Assembly: GCA_037137535.1 (NCBI GenBank)
Contig: JBAXKC010000003.1
Span: 1 to 64,000 of the forward strand
Source: a bacterium
Lineage (GTDB): Bacteria > Cyanobacteriota > Vampirovibrionia > Gastranaerophilales > JBAXKC01
DNA length: 64,000 nucleotides
Direction of reading: 5' to 3'
Part shown: piece by piece, positions 19,414 to 31,707 of the stretch
Layout of the letters: each line of letters starts with the position of its first letter
Numbering within the stretch: the first letter of the stretch is position 1
Position numbers and translations under genes: made by a program
Notes under the pieces: generated by a model
What the model saw: the letters and a program-made list of their open reading frames with translations, nothing else
The model's database searches: none
What the model was told of the DNA's origin: nothing

Positions 19414-20535
19414 ATGCTAAATGTAATGCCTTTCACATTAAGCAGCTTAAATGCCGTTGCTAAAAAAACGTTAGTATCAAAAAACACACAAATTAATACC
19501 AATAACAACAACAACAATTCAGCAGCATTAATAGCTAATTTAGCTATACTTGCAATTAGTAATAAAAGCTTCATTAGATTTACCTCAAACTCGGAAAATG
19601 ATCCGCCGCTGATAAATATGCTTAAAACAGGACAATTAAACAAAGAAGAATCATCAAAAACCATTAAAGAAATCTTAAATGATCCCCAAAAAAGTTATAA
19701 ATTCATTGAGGTTTTAACTCAAAATCCAAGAAAATTAAATACCAATTTACAGATTTTAGAAAATTCTATTGAATCCAGTAGAACCTATGAACTAGTTTAT
19801 AATGATTACGTTAACGCTTTTTCCAATTTCATAAAGAAATTTTATGAAAAAGCCGAGTCAGCCGAAGAGCTTCTTAAATTCAGCCCTAACTGGAAAACTG
19901 ACAAATTAGTCGCAAAATATGAAGAAAAAAACGGAGATAGAAATTTAAAAATAGGAAAAATTCCTGAAACTTTTGGCTCACAAGAAACGTTTACTCAACT
20001 TGTAACTGAACTTAAAACAGGTGTTAAAAAGACAGAAGAAAAAGAAATAAACGGCACAAACTTTCAAATTAAAAAACTAAGTGGAGGCAAGACGCGTAAA
20101 GGAATCTTTAAAATAACAAATGGTGATAATAAATTTATCCTTAAATTTGAAGAGCCAAACGAATATGCAAAAACACTTAAAGCTCAAATGGAATTGCCTG
20201 ATACAATTGCCACAAACGCAATGATAGATTATTATTTAACAGCTAATAACTGCCCTAATTCCTCTAAAATATATTACTATGACTCAAAATTAAATGCTTC
20301 CCTATATGAAAATGTTGAAAGCGATGAAGATGAAGAGTATAGGCAAGAAAAACTTTCTGATTATACAGAGTTGGGAATGTTTTTTAATGACACTTTGGGC
20401 TATAAAAATATAATAATGAGTAATCATACTCCTGTAATCATAGATGCAGGACACTCAACCTTCAGTAATGCATTAAAGCCTATGGCTCCCGAATTTACAC
20501 GTAACCTTCCTAATAACATAGGACAATCTTTTTAA
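19414..20535 (+). CDS. Hypothetical protein with C-terminal protein-kinase-like domain
   Basis: LSGG..R.GIFKI, FILK, NDTLGYKN, VIIDAG in kinase order; poly-Asn leader. Confidence 0.55.
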   Translation: MLNVMPFTLSSLNAVAKKTLVSKNTQINTNNNNNNSAALIANLAILAISNKSFIRFTSNSENDPPLINMLKTGQLNKEESSKTIKEILNDPQKSYKFIEVLTQNPRKLNTNLQILENSIESSRTYELVYNDYVNAFSNFIKKFYEKAESAEELLKFSPNWKTDKLVAKYEEKNGDRNLKIGKIPETFGSQETFTQLVTELKTGVKKTEEKEINGTNFQIKKLSGGKTRKGIFKITNGDNKFILKFEEPNEYAKTLKAQMELPDTIATNAMIDYYLTANNCPNSSKIYYYDSKLNASLYENVESDEDEEYRQEKLSDYTELGMFFNDTLGYKNIIMSNHTPVIIDAGHSTFSNALKPMAPEFTRNLPNNIGQSF

Positions 20536-20632
20536 AAGTTGGCAAACAATTAACTTAAAAAATGACTTTTTTTATATTAAAAGAAGTCATTTTTAAGTTA
20601 AAATCAATATATTTTTTAAAAAGGATAAATTC

Positions 20633-21394
20633 ATGATTCTTACTAGAAGAATGACTAATGAAGAAAAAGATTCTTTATTAAAAATCAAAGAAAAACACTA
20701 TTTAACTAATAATTTATTGAAAAATATATTCTCAGCAATCAATGTTGGAACAGGTCTATTATTAGTAATTTTTTTTCTTTCTTTGCTTTTAGGCGGAATT
20801 ACTGCTCTTGCTGTAATTTGTTTTACGGGGAAAAAACTTATTTATTTTATTCCGAATTTAAAGACTTATTTATCTTACGGAGTTATTATTTTTATCATAA
20901 TTAATTATGCAATATGGATTTATATAGGAATAAAATCTTATTTAACGCAAAAAAAAGTTGATCAGGAAAATGTGCTAAAAATAGAACAAGAAATAAAAGA
21001 AGGGCTTGTCACAGAAGAAACCTATAATGTTGAAGAAGCTATTTGCTTTATTGAAATTGAACATGGTGGCTTATCTTATTTTTTAAAACTTAATGACGGA
21101 AGAATTATGTTTATTTATGATTATGAAAGCCCTTGCTGGGATGATGAAGAAGATGAAAACTTATCAGAACAAGAGCTTATCGAAAAAAAACAAGAAAAAT
21201 TTCTCCCTACAAAAGAAATAAAATTTATAAAATCACCCATCACTAATTTCACAATCAAAGAACAATATCTAGGCGAAAAAATAAAACCTAACGGAATATA
21301 TGATTTTTTTGATATAGATATACCAGAACATGGCGAATTTATAAACTACAAATGGGACGAACTTATTGATGAGTTATTCAAAAAAAATAAATAA
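20633..21394 (+). CDS. Hypothetical membrane protein
   Basis: Two hydrophobic segments then acidic soluble domain. Confidence 0.75.
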   Translation: MILTRRMTNEEKDSLLKIKEKHYLTNNLLKNIFSAINVGTGLLLVIFFLSLLLGGITALAVICFTGKKLIYFIPNLKTYLSYGVIIFIIINYAIWIYIGIKSYLTQKKVDQENVLKIEQEIKEGLVTEETYNVEEAICFIEIEHGGLSYFLKLNDGRIMFIYDYESPCWDDEEDENLSEQELIEKKQEKFLPTKEIKFIKSPITNFTIKEQYLGEKIKPNGIYDFFDIDIPEHGEFINYKWDELIDELFKKNK

Positions 21395-21403
21395 ATTTCA
21401 AAC

Positions 21404-21438
21404 AAAATCCCCAAAGTATTAAAACTCTGGGGATTTTA
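21404..21438. terminator. Bidirectional terminator
   Basis: AAAATCCCCA...TGGGGATTTT between convergent genes. Confidence 0.7.
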
Positions 21439-21453
21439 GTTGAATTATTGCAA

Positions 21454-22476
21454 TTAAGAAAGAGTTCTAACTTTTTTAGCTCCTGCTCTGTTTCTCCACA
21501 TTGCAAGAAGCGTACTTGCATTAAAGATACTGGAATAAGTACCGATAAAGATACCTAAAGCCATAGCAAGAACAAAATCTCTTGTTGCCTGACCGCCAAA
21601 GAAATATAAAGCAAGCAAGGTTAAAAGAGCAGTTAAAGAAGTATTGATACTTCTTGCAAGAGTTTGGTTGACGCTTGCATTTACTACTTCGTTAAAAGTC
21701 ATCTTTTTAGCCAAAAATCTTGAATTTTCTCTAATTCTGTCAAATACAACGATAGTGTCATGAACACTAAATCCAACAACCGTTAATATAGCGGTGATAA
21801 AAAGACTGTCTATCTCCGTATTAAAGAATAGTCCGAAAATGGAAAACATTCCACAAACAAACAATGCATCATGCAAAAGAGCAAAAAGAGCGAAAACAGC
21901 ATAATCAAAACTAAATCTGATTCCAAGGTAAAGCACGATTGCTGCAAATGCCAATAACAAGGTGTATCCTGCATTTATGAACAATTCTTTACCAAGTGTC
22001 GGACCTATTTGATTCACTTGAAGAAGTGTAGCATCTCCATACTTTTGATTTAACTGCTTTGTTATATTGTTAATCTCGTTGTTTGCGCCTTGAGTTTCCA
22101 AAAATCTTGTTCTAATTGTTACAATGGACGTAATCCCGCCTGATTTATTGCCTTTTTTAAGGTCAGAATCAGCATTTTTTAATGAACCTGCTCCTTCTAT
22201 CTGAACAACAGGATTATCAATACCTTCTTTTTCAAGCATAGACTTTATTTGACCAGTCTGAGTATTTTTTATCTCAGATTTCACTCCATATTGAATAAGA
22301 CTGCCACCTGTAAAATCTATACCTAATTTAAAAGGTGCATGTGTTGAATAATGAACCGAAGAATAAATCATTGCAACTAAGCCTGGAATTATCAGCACCA
22401 AAGAAATGCCTATCCAGAGCCATCTGAATTTTACTACATCAATTATATTTTTTTCTCTAAAAAATGGGCTTGCCAT
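21454..22476 (-). CDS. secF: Protein translocase subunit SecF
   Basis: LGIDFTGG, HDTIVVFDRIREN, RSINTS, GTYSSIF. Confidence 0.97.
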   Translation of the reverse strand: MASPFFREKNIIDVVKFRWLWIGISLVLIIPGLVAMIYSSVHYSTHAPFKLGIDFTGGSLIQYGVKSEIKNTQTGQIKSMLEKEGIDNPVVQIEGAGSLKNADSDLKKGNKSGGITSIVTIRTRFLETQGANNEINNITKQLNQKYGDATLLQVNQIGPTLGKELFINAGYTLLLAFAAIVLYLGIRFSFDYAVFALFALLHDALFVCGMFSIFGLFFNTEIDSLFITAILTVVGFSVHDTIVVFDRIRENSRFLAKKMTFNEVVNASVNQTLARSINTSLTALLTLLALYFFGGQATRDFVLAMALGIFIGTYSSIFNASTLLAMWRNRAGAKKVRTLS

Positions 22477-22519
22477 TTTAAATCTCCTTATTTAATTCTG
22501 TTGACTTGCAAAAGGATTA

Positions 22520-23818
22520 TTAATCTATTACGCCAAATTTTGCTTTTCTAGGATTTGTATCCTGAAAAGAGGTGCTTTTAGATATCTGATCTGCATTTAA
22601 ACCAAACCAACCCGGGTGTTTAAGCTGTCCTGAACCAAATATTAAATGCATAAACGTCTTTGTTACCGTAATTGCTGTAAACATACTAACAATAACACCT
22701 ATTGCAAGAGTAAGGGCGAATCCCTTTACTATGCTTGTTCCAAACATATACAAAATTAAACAGGTTATAATCGTTGTCATATTACTGTCAAAAATACTGG
22801 TAAATGCTCTGTCAAAACCTGTATTTATTGCGGTAAATAAGGTTCTTCCCGATTTCAATTCTTCTTTTGTTCTTTCAAATATAAGAATATTCGCATCTAC
22901 CGCCATTCCGATACTTAAAATAAAACCTGCAATCCCTGCTAACGTTAAAGTAACAGGAACGAGTTTGAAGATTGTAAAAATAAGAAGCGTATATATAGCT
23001 AAGGCAATACTTGCGATAAAGCCAGGAACTCTGTAATAACCAATCATGAATAATATAACCACACCGATACCGACAGCACCGGCCATAAGACTTTTTCTTA
23101 ATGAATCAGCTCCAAGAGTCGGCCCTACCGAATTTTCTTCGATAATTTTTGCAGGAACAGGTAAAGCCCCCGCATTTAAAAGATCAACCATTTTTTTAGC
23201 TTCATCATATGTGAATTTACCTGAAATTTGAGCGTTGCCCGTTTCTATCGCACTTTGAACGACAGGAGCCGATTGTAATTGTTCGTCAAAGAATATGGCT
23301 AAAGGCTTCCCGACCAACTTTGAAGTAACATCGGCAAATTTAACCTTGCCTTTTGAATTGAATTGAAGGGAAACTACCCATCCACTGGCTTGATCGCTTG
23401 CAACTGATGCTTTTTCAAGATCTTTACCCGTAATACCTGTGCTAGTCCAAATAACTTGACCGCTTGGTAAAACTTTTTCTTCTTTGAATTCAAGATTAGC
23501 TGTTTTACCTAAAAATTCTTTTGCTTTTTGAGGGTCTTTAATGTTAGGAATTTCAACAATAAGTCTTTTTTCTCCGACTTTTTGAACGACTGTTTCGGCA
23601 ACACCGATAGCATTTACCCTTTTTTCAATAGAAACTCTTAAAGAATCCATAATTTCAGGAGTAATTACAGGGATATCCTTAGTTGTCTGTGCCTCTAGTA
23701 CGAGTTTAGAACCTCCCACTAAATCCAAGCCAAGCTTGGTAGGAAACTTAAACATTACGTACATGCTTGCAATTACAAGCACAAAGATGAACAACATCAT
23801 CCATTTTCTGTTTTTCAT
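22520..23818 (-). CDS. secD: Protein translocase subunit SecD
   Basis: LGLDLVGG, AGALP, VGPTLG, GMAVDANILIFER. Confidence 0.97.
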   Translation of the reverse strand: MKNRKWMMLFIFVLVIASMYVMFKFPTKLGLDLVGGSKLVLEAQTTKDIPVITPEIMDSLRVSIEKRVNAIGVAETVVQKVGEKRLIVEIPNIKDPQKAKEFLGKTANLEFKEEKVLPSGQVIWTSTGITGKDLEKASVASDQASGWVVSLQFNSKGKVKFADVTSKLVGKPLAIFFDEQLQSAPVVQSAIETGNAQISGKFTYDEAKKMVDLLNAGALPVPAKIIEENSVGPTLGADSLRKSLMAGAVGIGVVILFMIGYYRVPGFIASIALAIYTLLIFTIFKLVPVTLTLAGIAGFILSIGMAVDANILIFERTKEELKSGRTLFTAINTGFDRAFTSIFDSNMTTIITCLILYMFGTSIVKGFALTLAIGVIVSMFTAITVTKTFMHLIFGSGQLKHPGWFGLNADQISKSTSFQDTNPRKAKFGVID

Positions 23819-23833
23819 TATCCACCGCCTAAA

Positions 23834-23932
23834 TGCGTCTGAAGTACAACACGTTAAATCAAGTTATTTCAATACCAAAGTATATTTCAAACCAATTGAA
23901 ATTAAAAGCACGACTTGGCTAGTACAGATGTA
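23834..23932. ncRNA. Long imperfect hairpin upstream of secD (leader or sRNA)
   Basis: Nested pairs TGCGTCTG/CAGATGTA, GTAC/GTAC, CAAGT/ACTTG, ATTTCAAT/ATTGAAAT. Confidence 0.4.
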
Positions 23933-24044
23933 ATCCGTAAAGTATTAAAATTCTTATAATCTTAACCATTGTACCATCATATAAATTAATAAAACAAAAG
24001 AGAGGTTCCCCTCTCTTAATTGTTATTGACTCTATGTTAATATT

Positions 24045-26507
<2,463 letters not shown>

Positions 26508-26607
26508 TCATGTTAAATTCTATCGCAGACAAAGCGACTAAACAATAACGCTTAATTTTATTGAAGTTTCAGCTTAATTCTTTTTAATTAAGAAAAAACT
26601 TAAATTA

Positions 26608-27213
26608 TTAATACTTTTTTAACCAATAAGCCTTTGGCGAAACAATTGACAGATTACCCAAAAGATAAACCGACTTCGCCTCATTAGTCTTAAATGACTT
26701 TAATACTTTATATTTGTTCAAAAGCTGCTGTTGAAGTTGCATATCTCTTATAATTTTCCTTTGCTCATTAAGGGCTTTTGCCTCTTCTTTTAATTCTTTA
26801 TATTTTTCCCTGCATTCCTTTGACCATCCGTTATAAATACAGCTTTCAGAAAAAACCAGAAATGGTGTATCAGGATAATCCCTACAAAGCTGCGGTCTGT
26901 CTTCATGAATCAGGCAACTGTTATTTTCTCCGATAAATCTACAATGATAAAAAACAATTTCATTAGGATTAATTCCTTGTTCTTCAGCAGCTTTAAGACT
27001 TCTTTTAACAGTTTTTTCATTTACAGCTAATGCTTCTTTTAATGAATTATATGGCATAAATATTGAGAAGAAATCTCTTGCATAATCATCACCTTCGGCC
27101 GCTTTTTCTAGCAACAACGAAGCAGGAACTGAGGGAGAAGCCATTTTACAGCACTGTCCCGTTTGTTTACATTCGGGGAATTTTATTCCCAACATCTCTT
27201 CCCATTTGTTCAT
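26608..27213 (-). CDS. YkgJ/UPF0153 family cysteine-cluster protein
   Basis: CxxxGxCC ... CRF...C.IHEDRP..CR.YP; C-terminal coiled coil. Confidence 0.85.
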   Translation of the reverse strand: MNKWEEMLGIKFPECKQTGQCCKMASPSVPASLLLEKAAEGDDYARDFFSIFMPYNSLKEALAVNEKTVKRSLKAAEEQGINPNEIVFYHCRFIGENNSCLIHEDRPQLCRDYPDTPFLVFSESCIYNGWSKECREKYKELKEEAKALNEQRKIIRDMQLQQQLLNKYKVLKSFKTNEAKSVYLLGNLSIVSPKAYWLKKY

Positions 27214-27221
27214 TTTTTTAC

Positions 27222-27848
27222 CTAAAATTGATTATACTGCTGGATTTTTGTGCTACTTATCTCCATATTCCTTGGAATAATAGTTATTTTATTGCCACCT
27301 GGAAGTGTAAACTCACACCCTAAAAGAATAGTAGTATAATTATAGTTTAATTGAACAATAACACCATTTTTATAAGGATCTCTATAATCAATATCAATTT
27401 TAATATCACCAGCCTTTAATTTGCCAGTTGCTACATTTTGATACTCATAAAACATAAATGGTTCACTACCATAAGAATTACCCATATTAACACTTGTAAA
27501 CTTAACATTACTGAACCCCAAGGAGGGCAATTTCTCCTGTAATCGTTCCAAGGCTCTACATACCGCCATATTTGTAGTTGCATCATCCGTAATAGTATTA
27601 GCAATACATACAGACGGAGTTTTTGTTTCATCAACTCCAACAGTAGTCGGATCATCCGACTGATAAGCATCAGGACTTACATAGGCACTTGCAGCTGATT
27701 CAGCAACAGTTAAAGCAATTTGCTGAACAGAATTTGCAGTTCTCCAAAAAACAGCTATTTCCATAATTCCAAAGATTAAAATAATAAGTATCGGGATTAC
27801 TATTATAAATTCTATTAAATTTTGAGCTTTTCTATTATTAAGCTTCAA
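27222..27848 (-). CDS. TadE/TadG-family pseudopilin
   Basis: RKAQNLIEFIIVIPILIILIFGIME TadE N-terminal motif. Confidence 0.85.
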   Translation of the reverse strand: MKLNNRKAQNLIEFIIVIPILIILIFGIMEIAVFWRTANSVQQIALTVAESAASAYVSPDAYQSDDPTTVGVDETKTPSVCIANTITDDATTNMAVCRALERLQEKLPSLGFSNVKFTSVNMGNSYGSEPFMFYEYQNVATGKLKAGDIKIDIDYRDPYKNGVIVQLNYNYTTILLGCEFTLPGGNKITIIPRNMEISSTKIQQYNQF

Positions 27849-28086
27849 TTTTTTATCCCTATCTACTCAAATCCTATAATATTTTAACATTTTCTAAAAG
27901 ATTTTTAAATTGAAAATAACAAAATTGCACTTAAATCTTTATATAAAAACAAATTCACTATAAATCTCCAATCAAGTACAACTTATTTTTATTACCCGAG
28001 TCGGTTATTTTTTTACTTATACAAAGATTATATAATTTCATTTAAATACTACCCGACTTGTTATATAGTACTACCCAAACATAGTT

Positions 28087-29883
28087 ATGCTAAAAACTTA
28101 TCCTTATGTTTTACAAATAAGATGTATCTCCTTTACAATAAATTATTCGAGGCAAAAATTGCTAAACTTATCATTAAAAAAAATAATAATTACACTAATT
28201 GAAATATTAGTTATATTTTCATCTATCTATTTAATGCATATGTTTTTTATGGACTTAGAGCATATTTATAAAGTGCCAAACAACTTAATTATTTTATTTT
28301 GCACTGAATGTGCATTTATAATTTTCATAATACACTTAATGGTTTTTTTTAAAAGAATCCCTCTATTAAAACAACTACAATCAACCATAAACAGCAATAA
28401 ATGTAATAAAAAGAATATTTTTACTAATACCTTAGAATTAATTTATATAAATTCCCGAGCAAGCAATGAATTAAAAAAAGAAATAGAAGCTCTTCACGAA
28501 GTAAAAAACAGACTTCATCGAAAAGAGCAAGAACTATCCGAACAATCACAAATATTGTTTAAAAAAGAAAATCTCCTTATTTCCCAAAAAAATGGATTAA
28601 AAGAAAAAGAAGAAGAAATTGCAAAATATATAAATAAAGTATTTGAACAACAAGAACAAGAAAAAATAATAAAATTCATTGTTGGAATAATAAGAGAATC
28701 CTTGGAGCTTGATAAAGTACTTGAAAAAACAGTAGAAGAAATAGGACGCCTTATAAATGCGGATAGATGTCTTATAGGGATATTTGAAGAATCCGAACAG
28801 AAATTTGAGCTGCTTAATGAATATAAATCAGAACCAAACCTTGTCTCCATTTTAGATTATCAAAATGAAGCACGTTTGAATAAAGAAAATTTATATCAAC
28901 TTGTAAATAGAAAAAAACCGATAATAATAAACGACTCACAAAAAGGTCAAGTTAGTTCAAATCTTAACCCATTTATTGAGCTTTATGAAATAAAATCCTA
29001 TGCAATAATTCCGTTAATTCATAAAAAAGAAGTGCTTGGAATAATTATAGTGTGTCAGACAAAAACACAAAGAGAATGGAAAGAAAATCACATTGAATTA
29101 TTAAGCGATATTGGAAGCCAAATAGGCATAGCAATAAAACAGGCTTATCTCCATAAGCAATTACAGGAAGCCACAAACTTAAAAAGTCAATTCCTTGCAA
29201 ATATGTCACATGAATTCAGAACACCGTTAAACGCAATTATCGGGTTTTCAGAAATGCTTTTAACGGGTAATTATGGCGACTTAACTTCTAAACAACTTGA
29301 ATATTTAAAGAATATTTCCATCAGCGGAAAACATCTTTTAAGGCTTGTGGGGGATATTTTGGATTTATCTAAAGTTGAATCAGGAAAAATGCAATTAAAT
29401 AATGAAAGATTTGATGCAAAACACATAATTAACGAAACAATTGCACTCTTATCAAATCAGGCAAGCCCAAAAGACATTGAAATAATAACAACAATTGAAC
29501 AAGTTTACTTATATACCGATATAAGAATATTTAGACAAATCATCTTTAATCTGTTAAGTAATGCTATAAAATTCACTGAAAATGGCGGAGCAATAACGAT
29601 AAACTCGAAATTAATCAATAATAAATTAATTACGGAAATTATAGATACAGGTATTGGAATTCCAGACAAAGATAAAGACAAAATCTTCAAACAATTTACC
29701 CAGCTGGATTCTTCTTATTCGAGAAAACAGGAAGGAACAGGACTTGGACTTGCCTTAACAAAAAAACTTGTAGAACTACAAAACGGAGAGATAAACTTTG
29801 AATCAGAAGAAGGCACAGGCAGCAGATTTTGGTTTGAACTTTCATGTATAGATACTCCGGTTAAAGAATACACTAATATTTAA
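28087..29883 (+). CDS. Membrane GAF-domain sensor histidine kinase
   Basis: Two TM helices, coiled coil, GAF, SHEFRTPLN, NLLSNAIKFT, GTGLGL; true start may be later. Confidence 0.93.
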   Translation: MLKTYPYVLQIRCISFTINYSRQKLLNLSLKKIIITLIEILVIFSSIYLMHMFFMDLEHIYKVPNNLIILFCTECAFIIFIIHLMVFFKRIPLLKQLQSTINSNKCNKKNIFTNTLELIYINSRASNELKKEIEALHEVKNRLHRKEQELSEQSQILFKKENLLISQKNGLKEKEEEIAKYINKVFEQQEQEKIIKFIVGIIRESLELDKVLEKTVEEIGRLINADRCLIGIFEESEQKFELLNEYKSEPNLVSILDYQNEARLNKENLYQLVNRKKPIIINDSQKGQVSSNLNPFIELYEIKSYAIIPLIHKKEVLGIIIVCQTKTQREWKENHIELLSDIGSQIGIAIKQAYLHKQLQEATNLKSQFLANMSHEFRTPLNAIIGFSEMLLTGNYGDLTSKQLEYLKNISISGKHLLRLVGDILDLSKVESGKMQLNNERFDAKHIINETIALLSNQASPKDIEIITTIEQVYLYTDIRIFRQIIFNLLSNAIKFTENGGAITINSKLINNKLITEIIDTGIGIPDKDKDKIFKQFTQLDSSYSRKQEGTGLGLALTKKLVELQNGEINFESEEGTGSRFWFELSCIDTPVKEYTNI

Positions 29884-29923
29884 AACAATCTATAATATTA
29901 TCAAGGCATAATCGGAAAATTTA

Positions 29924-30724
29924 ATGGAACACGTTTTTTCAAAAGAACAAACATGCGAAAGCCTGACTTTGAAAATTTTAGGCTCAGGCTGCTGCGTACC
30001 TTCATTAAGTCGTTCTTCGCCTGCAAACCTTATTAAATTTAACGGAAAAACTTATTTGCTTGATATAGGTCCTGGAACGTTAAAACAACTAAACAAAGCT
30101 AAAGAAGATTATAAAAAAATTGATGCAATCATATTAAGCCATAGGCATCCTGACCATAGTGCCGATTTAATACCTTTAATTCAAGCATTTTGCTATAATC
30201 CCGAATTTAAAAGAGAAAAAGATCTTCTTATAATTGGAGCAAAATTAACTCAAGAATTTATAGAGTCATTACTGGAACTTTATGGCTTTAACGTAAAAGA
30301 ATTTAAAATAATATTCAAAGAACCTGATGAAATGCTTGTAATAGATAGTCGAACTGTATTTAAATTTATAAAAGGAAGTCATTCTTCTTCAAGCATAATA
30401 ACAAAAATGGAATTTGCCTGTAAAAACGGAATAAAAAAATCAATTGTTTACACCGGCGATACGGGCTACGATGAGGAGATTTCTGAATTTGCGGAAGATT
30501 GCGACTTATTGATAACAGAATGCTCTTTTCCGTTTAAGCAAAAAGGTCATTTATCGCCAGAAGAAGCTGCCGAACTTGCTCAAAAGGCAAAAGCACGAAA
30601 GCTTCTTCTTACACATTTTTATCCACAATGTGATAATTATGAATTACAACTAAAAGATCGGGTAAAAGAATATTATTTTAATAAAATATTATTTGCTCAA
30701 GATTTCATGGAAGTAATAATTTAA
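29924..30724 (+). CDS. MBL-fold metallohydrolase, RNase Z/ElaC-like
   Basis: ILGSG, SHRHPDH, YTGDT, GHLS, LTHF. Confidence 0.88.
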   Translation: MEHVFSKEQTCESLTLKILGSGCCVPSLSRSSPANLIKFNGKTYLLDIGPGTLKQLNKAKEDYKKIDAIILSHRHPDHSADLIPLIQAFCYNPEFKREKDLLIIGAKLTQEFIESLLELYGFNVKEFKIIFKEPDEMLVIDSRTVFKFIKGSHSSSSIITKMEFACKNGIKKSIVYTGDTGYDEEISEFAEDCDLLITECSFPFKQKGHLSPEEAAELAQKAKARKLLLTHFYPQCDNYELQLKDRVKEYYFNKILFAQDFMEVII

Positions 30725-30733
30725 AAAGAATCC

Positions 30734-30937
30734 TTAACTTTTTTGAAATAAAGGCTTTATTGTTACGTTTTCAAGTGCAAATATTTTATTGATTGATTTT
30801 TCTAGGCTTTTTATTGCTTCAGATTCATTTCTTCCATAAGTAGAAAAGTTAAGCATTTCGCAATCTGCAACATAAAAGCTGTTTTTAGGGTAAACAAAAG
30901 CTGTATATTCCATCATTAAACTGTTTTTCATATCCAT
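30734..30937 (-). CDS. Small HicB-like (RNase H-like fold) protein
   Basis: Y.A.V...  YVADC..L..STYG....EA...L...I pattern. Confidence 0.55.
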   Translation of the reverse strand: MDMKNSLMMEYTAFVYPKNSFYVADCEMLNFSTYGRNESEAIKSLEKSINKIFALENVTIKPLFQKS

Positions 30938-30961
30938 TTCCTTCTTGTCCTTATATTATAT

Positions 30962-30988
30962 AAATCGGATATTATCAGGTTTTCTTTA
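30962..30988 (-). promoter_or_regulatory. Sigma28-type promoter
   Basis: Minus strand TAAA-N15-TCCGATTT, 24 nt upstream of ATG 30937. Confidence 0.55.
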
Positions 30989-31171
30989 AGTTAACTTTTG
31001 TGAATTATCTAAATTTCATTATATTATAAAAGCAACGGAACAACGAAATAAAACAATAGTCTATGTATATATATATTTTAAGTTTTATTAATATATAGAA
31101 GAGATGACTGAAAATTTTATCATTTTTACCACTAGAAAATTAAATGTTATTTTGCTATTATAAATAAACAG

Positions 31172-31254
31172 GCCGGAGTGGCGAAATGGTAGACGCAGTT
31201 GACTCAAAATCATCCGGGGGTAACCTCGTGTCGGTTCAAATCCGACCTTCGGCA
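31172..31254 (+). tRNA. tRNA-Leu(CAA)
   Basis: Acceptor GCCGGAG/CTTCGGC, anticodon loop CTCAAAA, long variable arm, T-arm GTCGG-TTCAAAT-CCGAC; CCA not encoded. Confidence 0.95.
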
Positions 31255-31278
31255 ATTACATATATCCAAATGGTTCAT

Positions 31279-31658
31279 GGGGACGTTTTGGATTTGACGG
31301 GGCGATTAGATCGTCGGGCTGCGAGTCGGAGCGCTGTTCTCCGTTATCAACGAGCAAATAAGAATAAATGGCAACGTTTATGATTTAAGCGGTAGATTTG
31401 CAGTAGCAAAAGCTGCATAACCGCCATCGGACAGTTCTTCTCGGTGGGATTGTTCGGTTAATTATTCCGAGTGCATTCGGTGTATAGGGTGAAACCGGAT
31501 AAAGATTATCCCTAAAGGCTTGCTGAGGCTTAATTCAGATAGTTTAAGTTATAAGTTGTGGTTTTTGGCTTGGCTTAAATGAAATTAATCAAAAACCTAC
31601 ACTCGTAGAGGTTCGCCTGTTTGCGTTTCGGACGAGGGTTCGAATCCCTCCGTCTCCA
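31279..31658 (+). ncRNA. ssrA: tmRNA, tag (A)GNVYDLSGRFAVAKAA
   Basis: 5' GGGGACG pairs with 3' CGTCTCC-A with G3.U; GGATTTGAC; T-arm GAGGG-TTCGAAT-CCCTC; tag ORF 31370-31420 ends AA-stop. Confidence 0.96.
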
Positions 31659-31678
31659 ATTATAAAAACTTGGAGAGT

Positions 31679-31707
31679 TAAAGATATCTTAAAAAGATAT
31701 CTTTTTT
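31679..31707 (+). terminator. Terminator after tmRNA
   Basis: AAGATATCTT-AAA-AAGATATCTT followed by T-tract. Confidence 0.6.

Noticed and set aside
23736-23933. 65-aa plus-strand ORF over the secD start
   Set aside because: Antisense overlap with secD and no RBS; region is better explained by the RNA hairpin.
31186-31383. 65-aa ORF in the track
   Set aside because: Overlaps tRNA-Leu and tmRNA; spurious.
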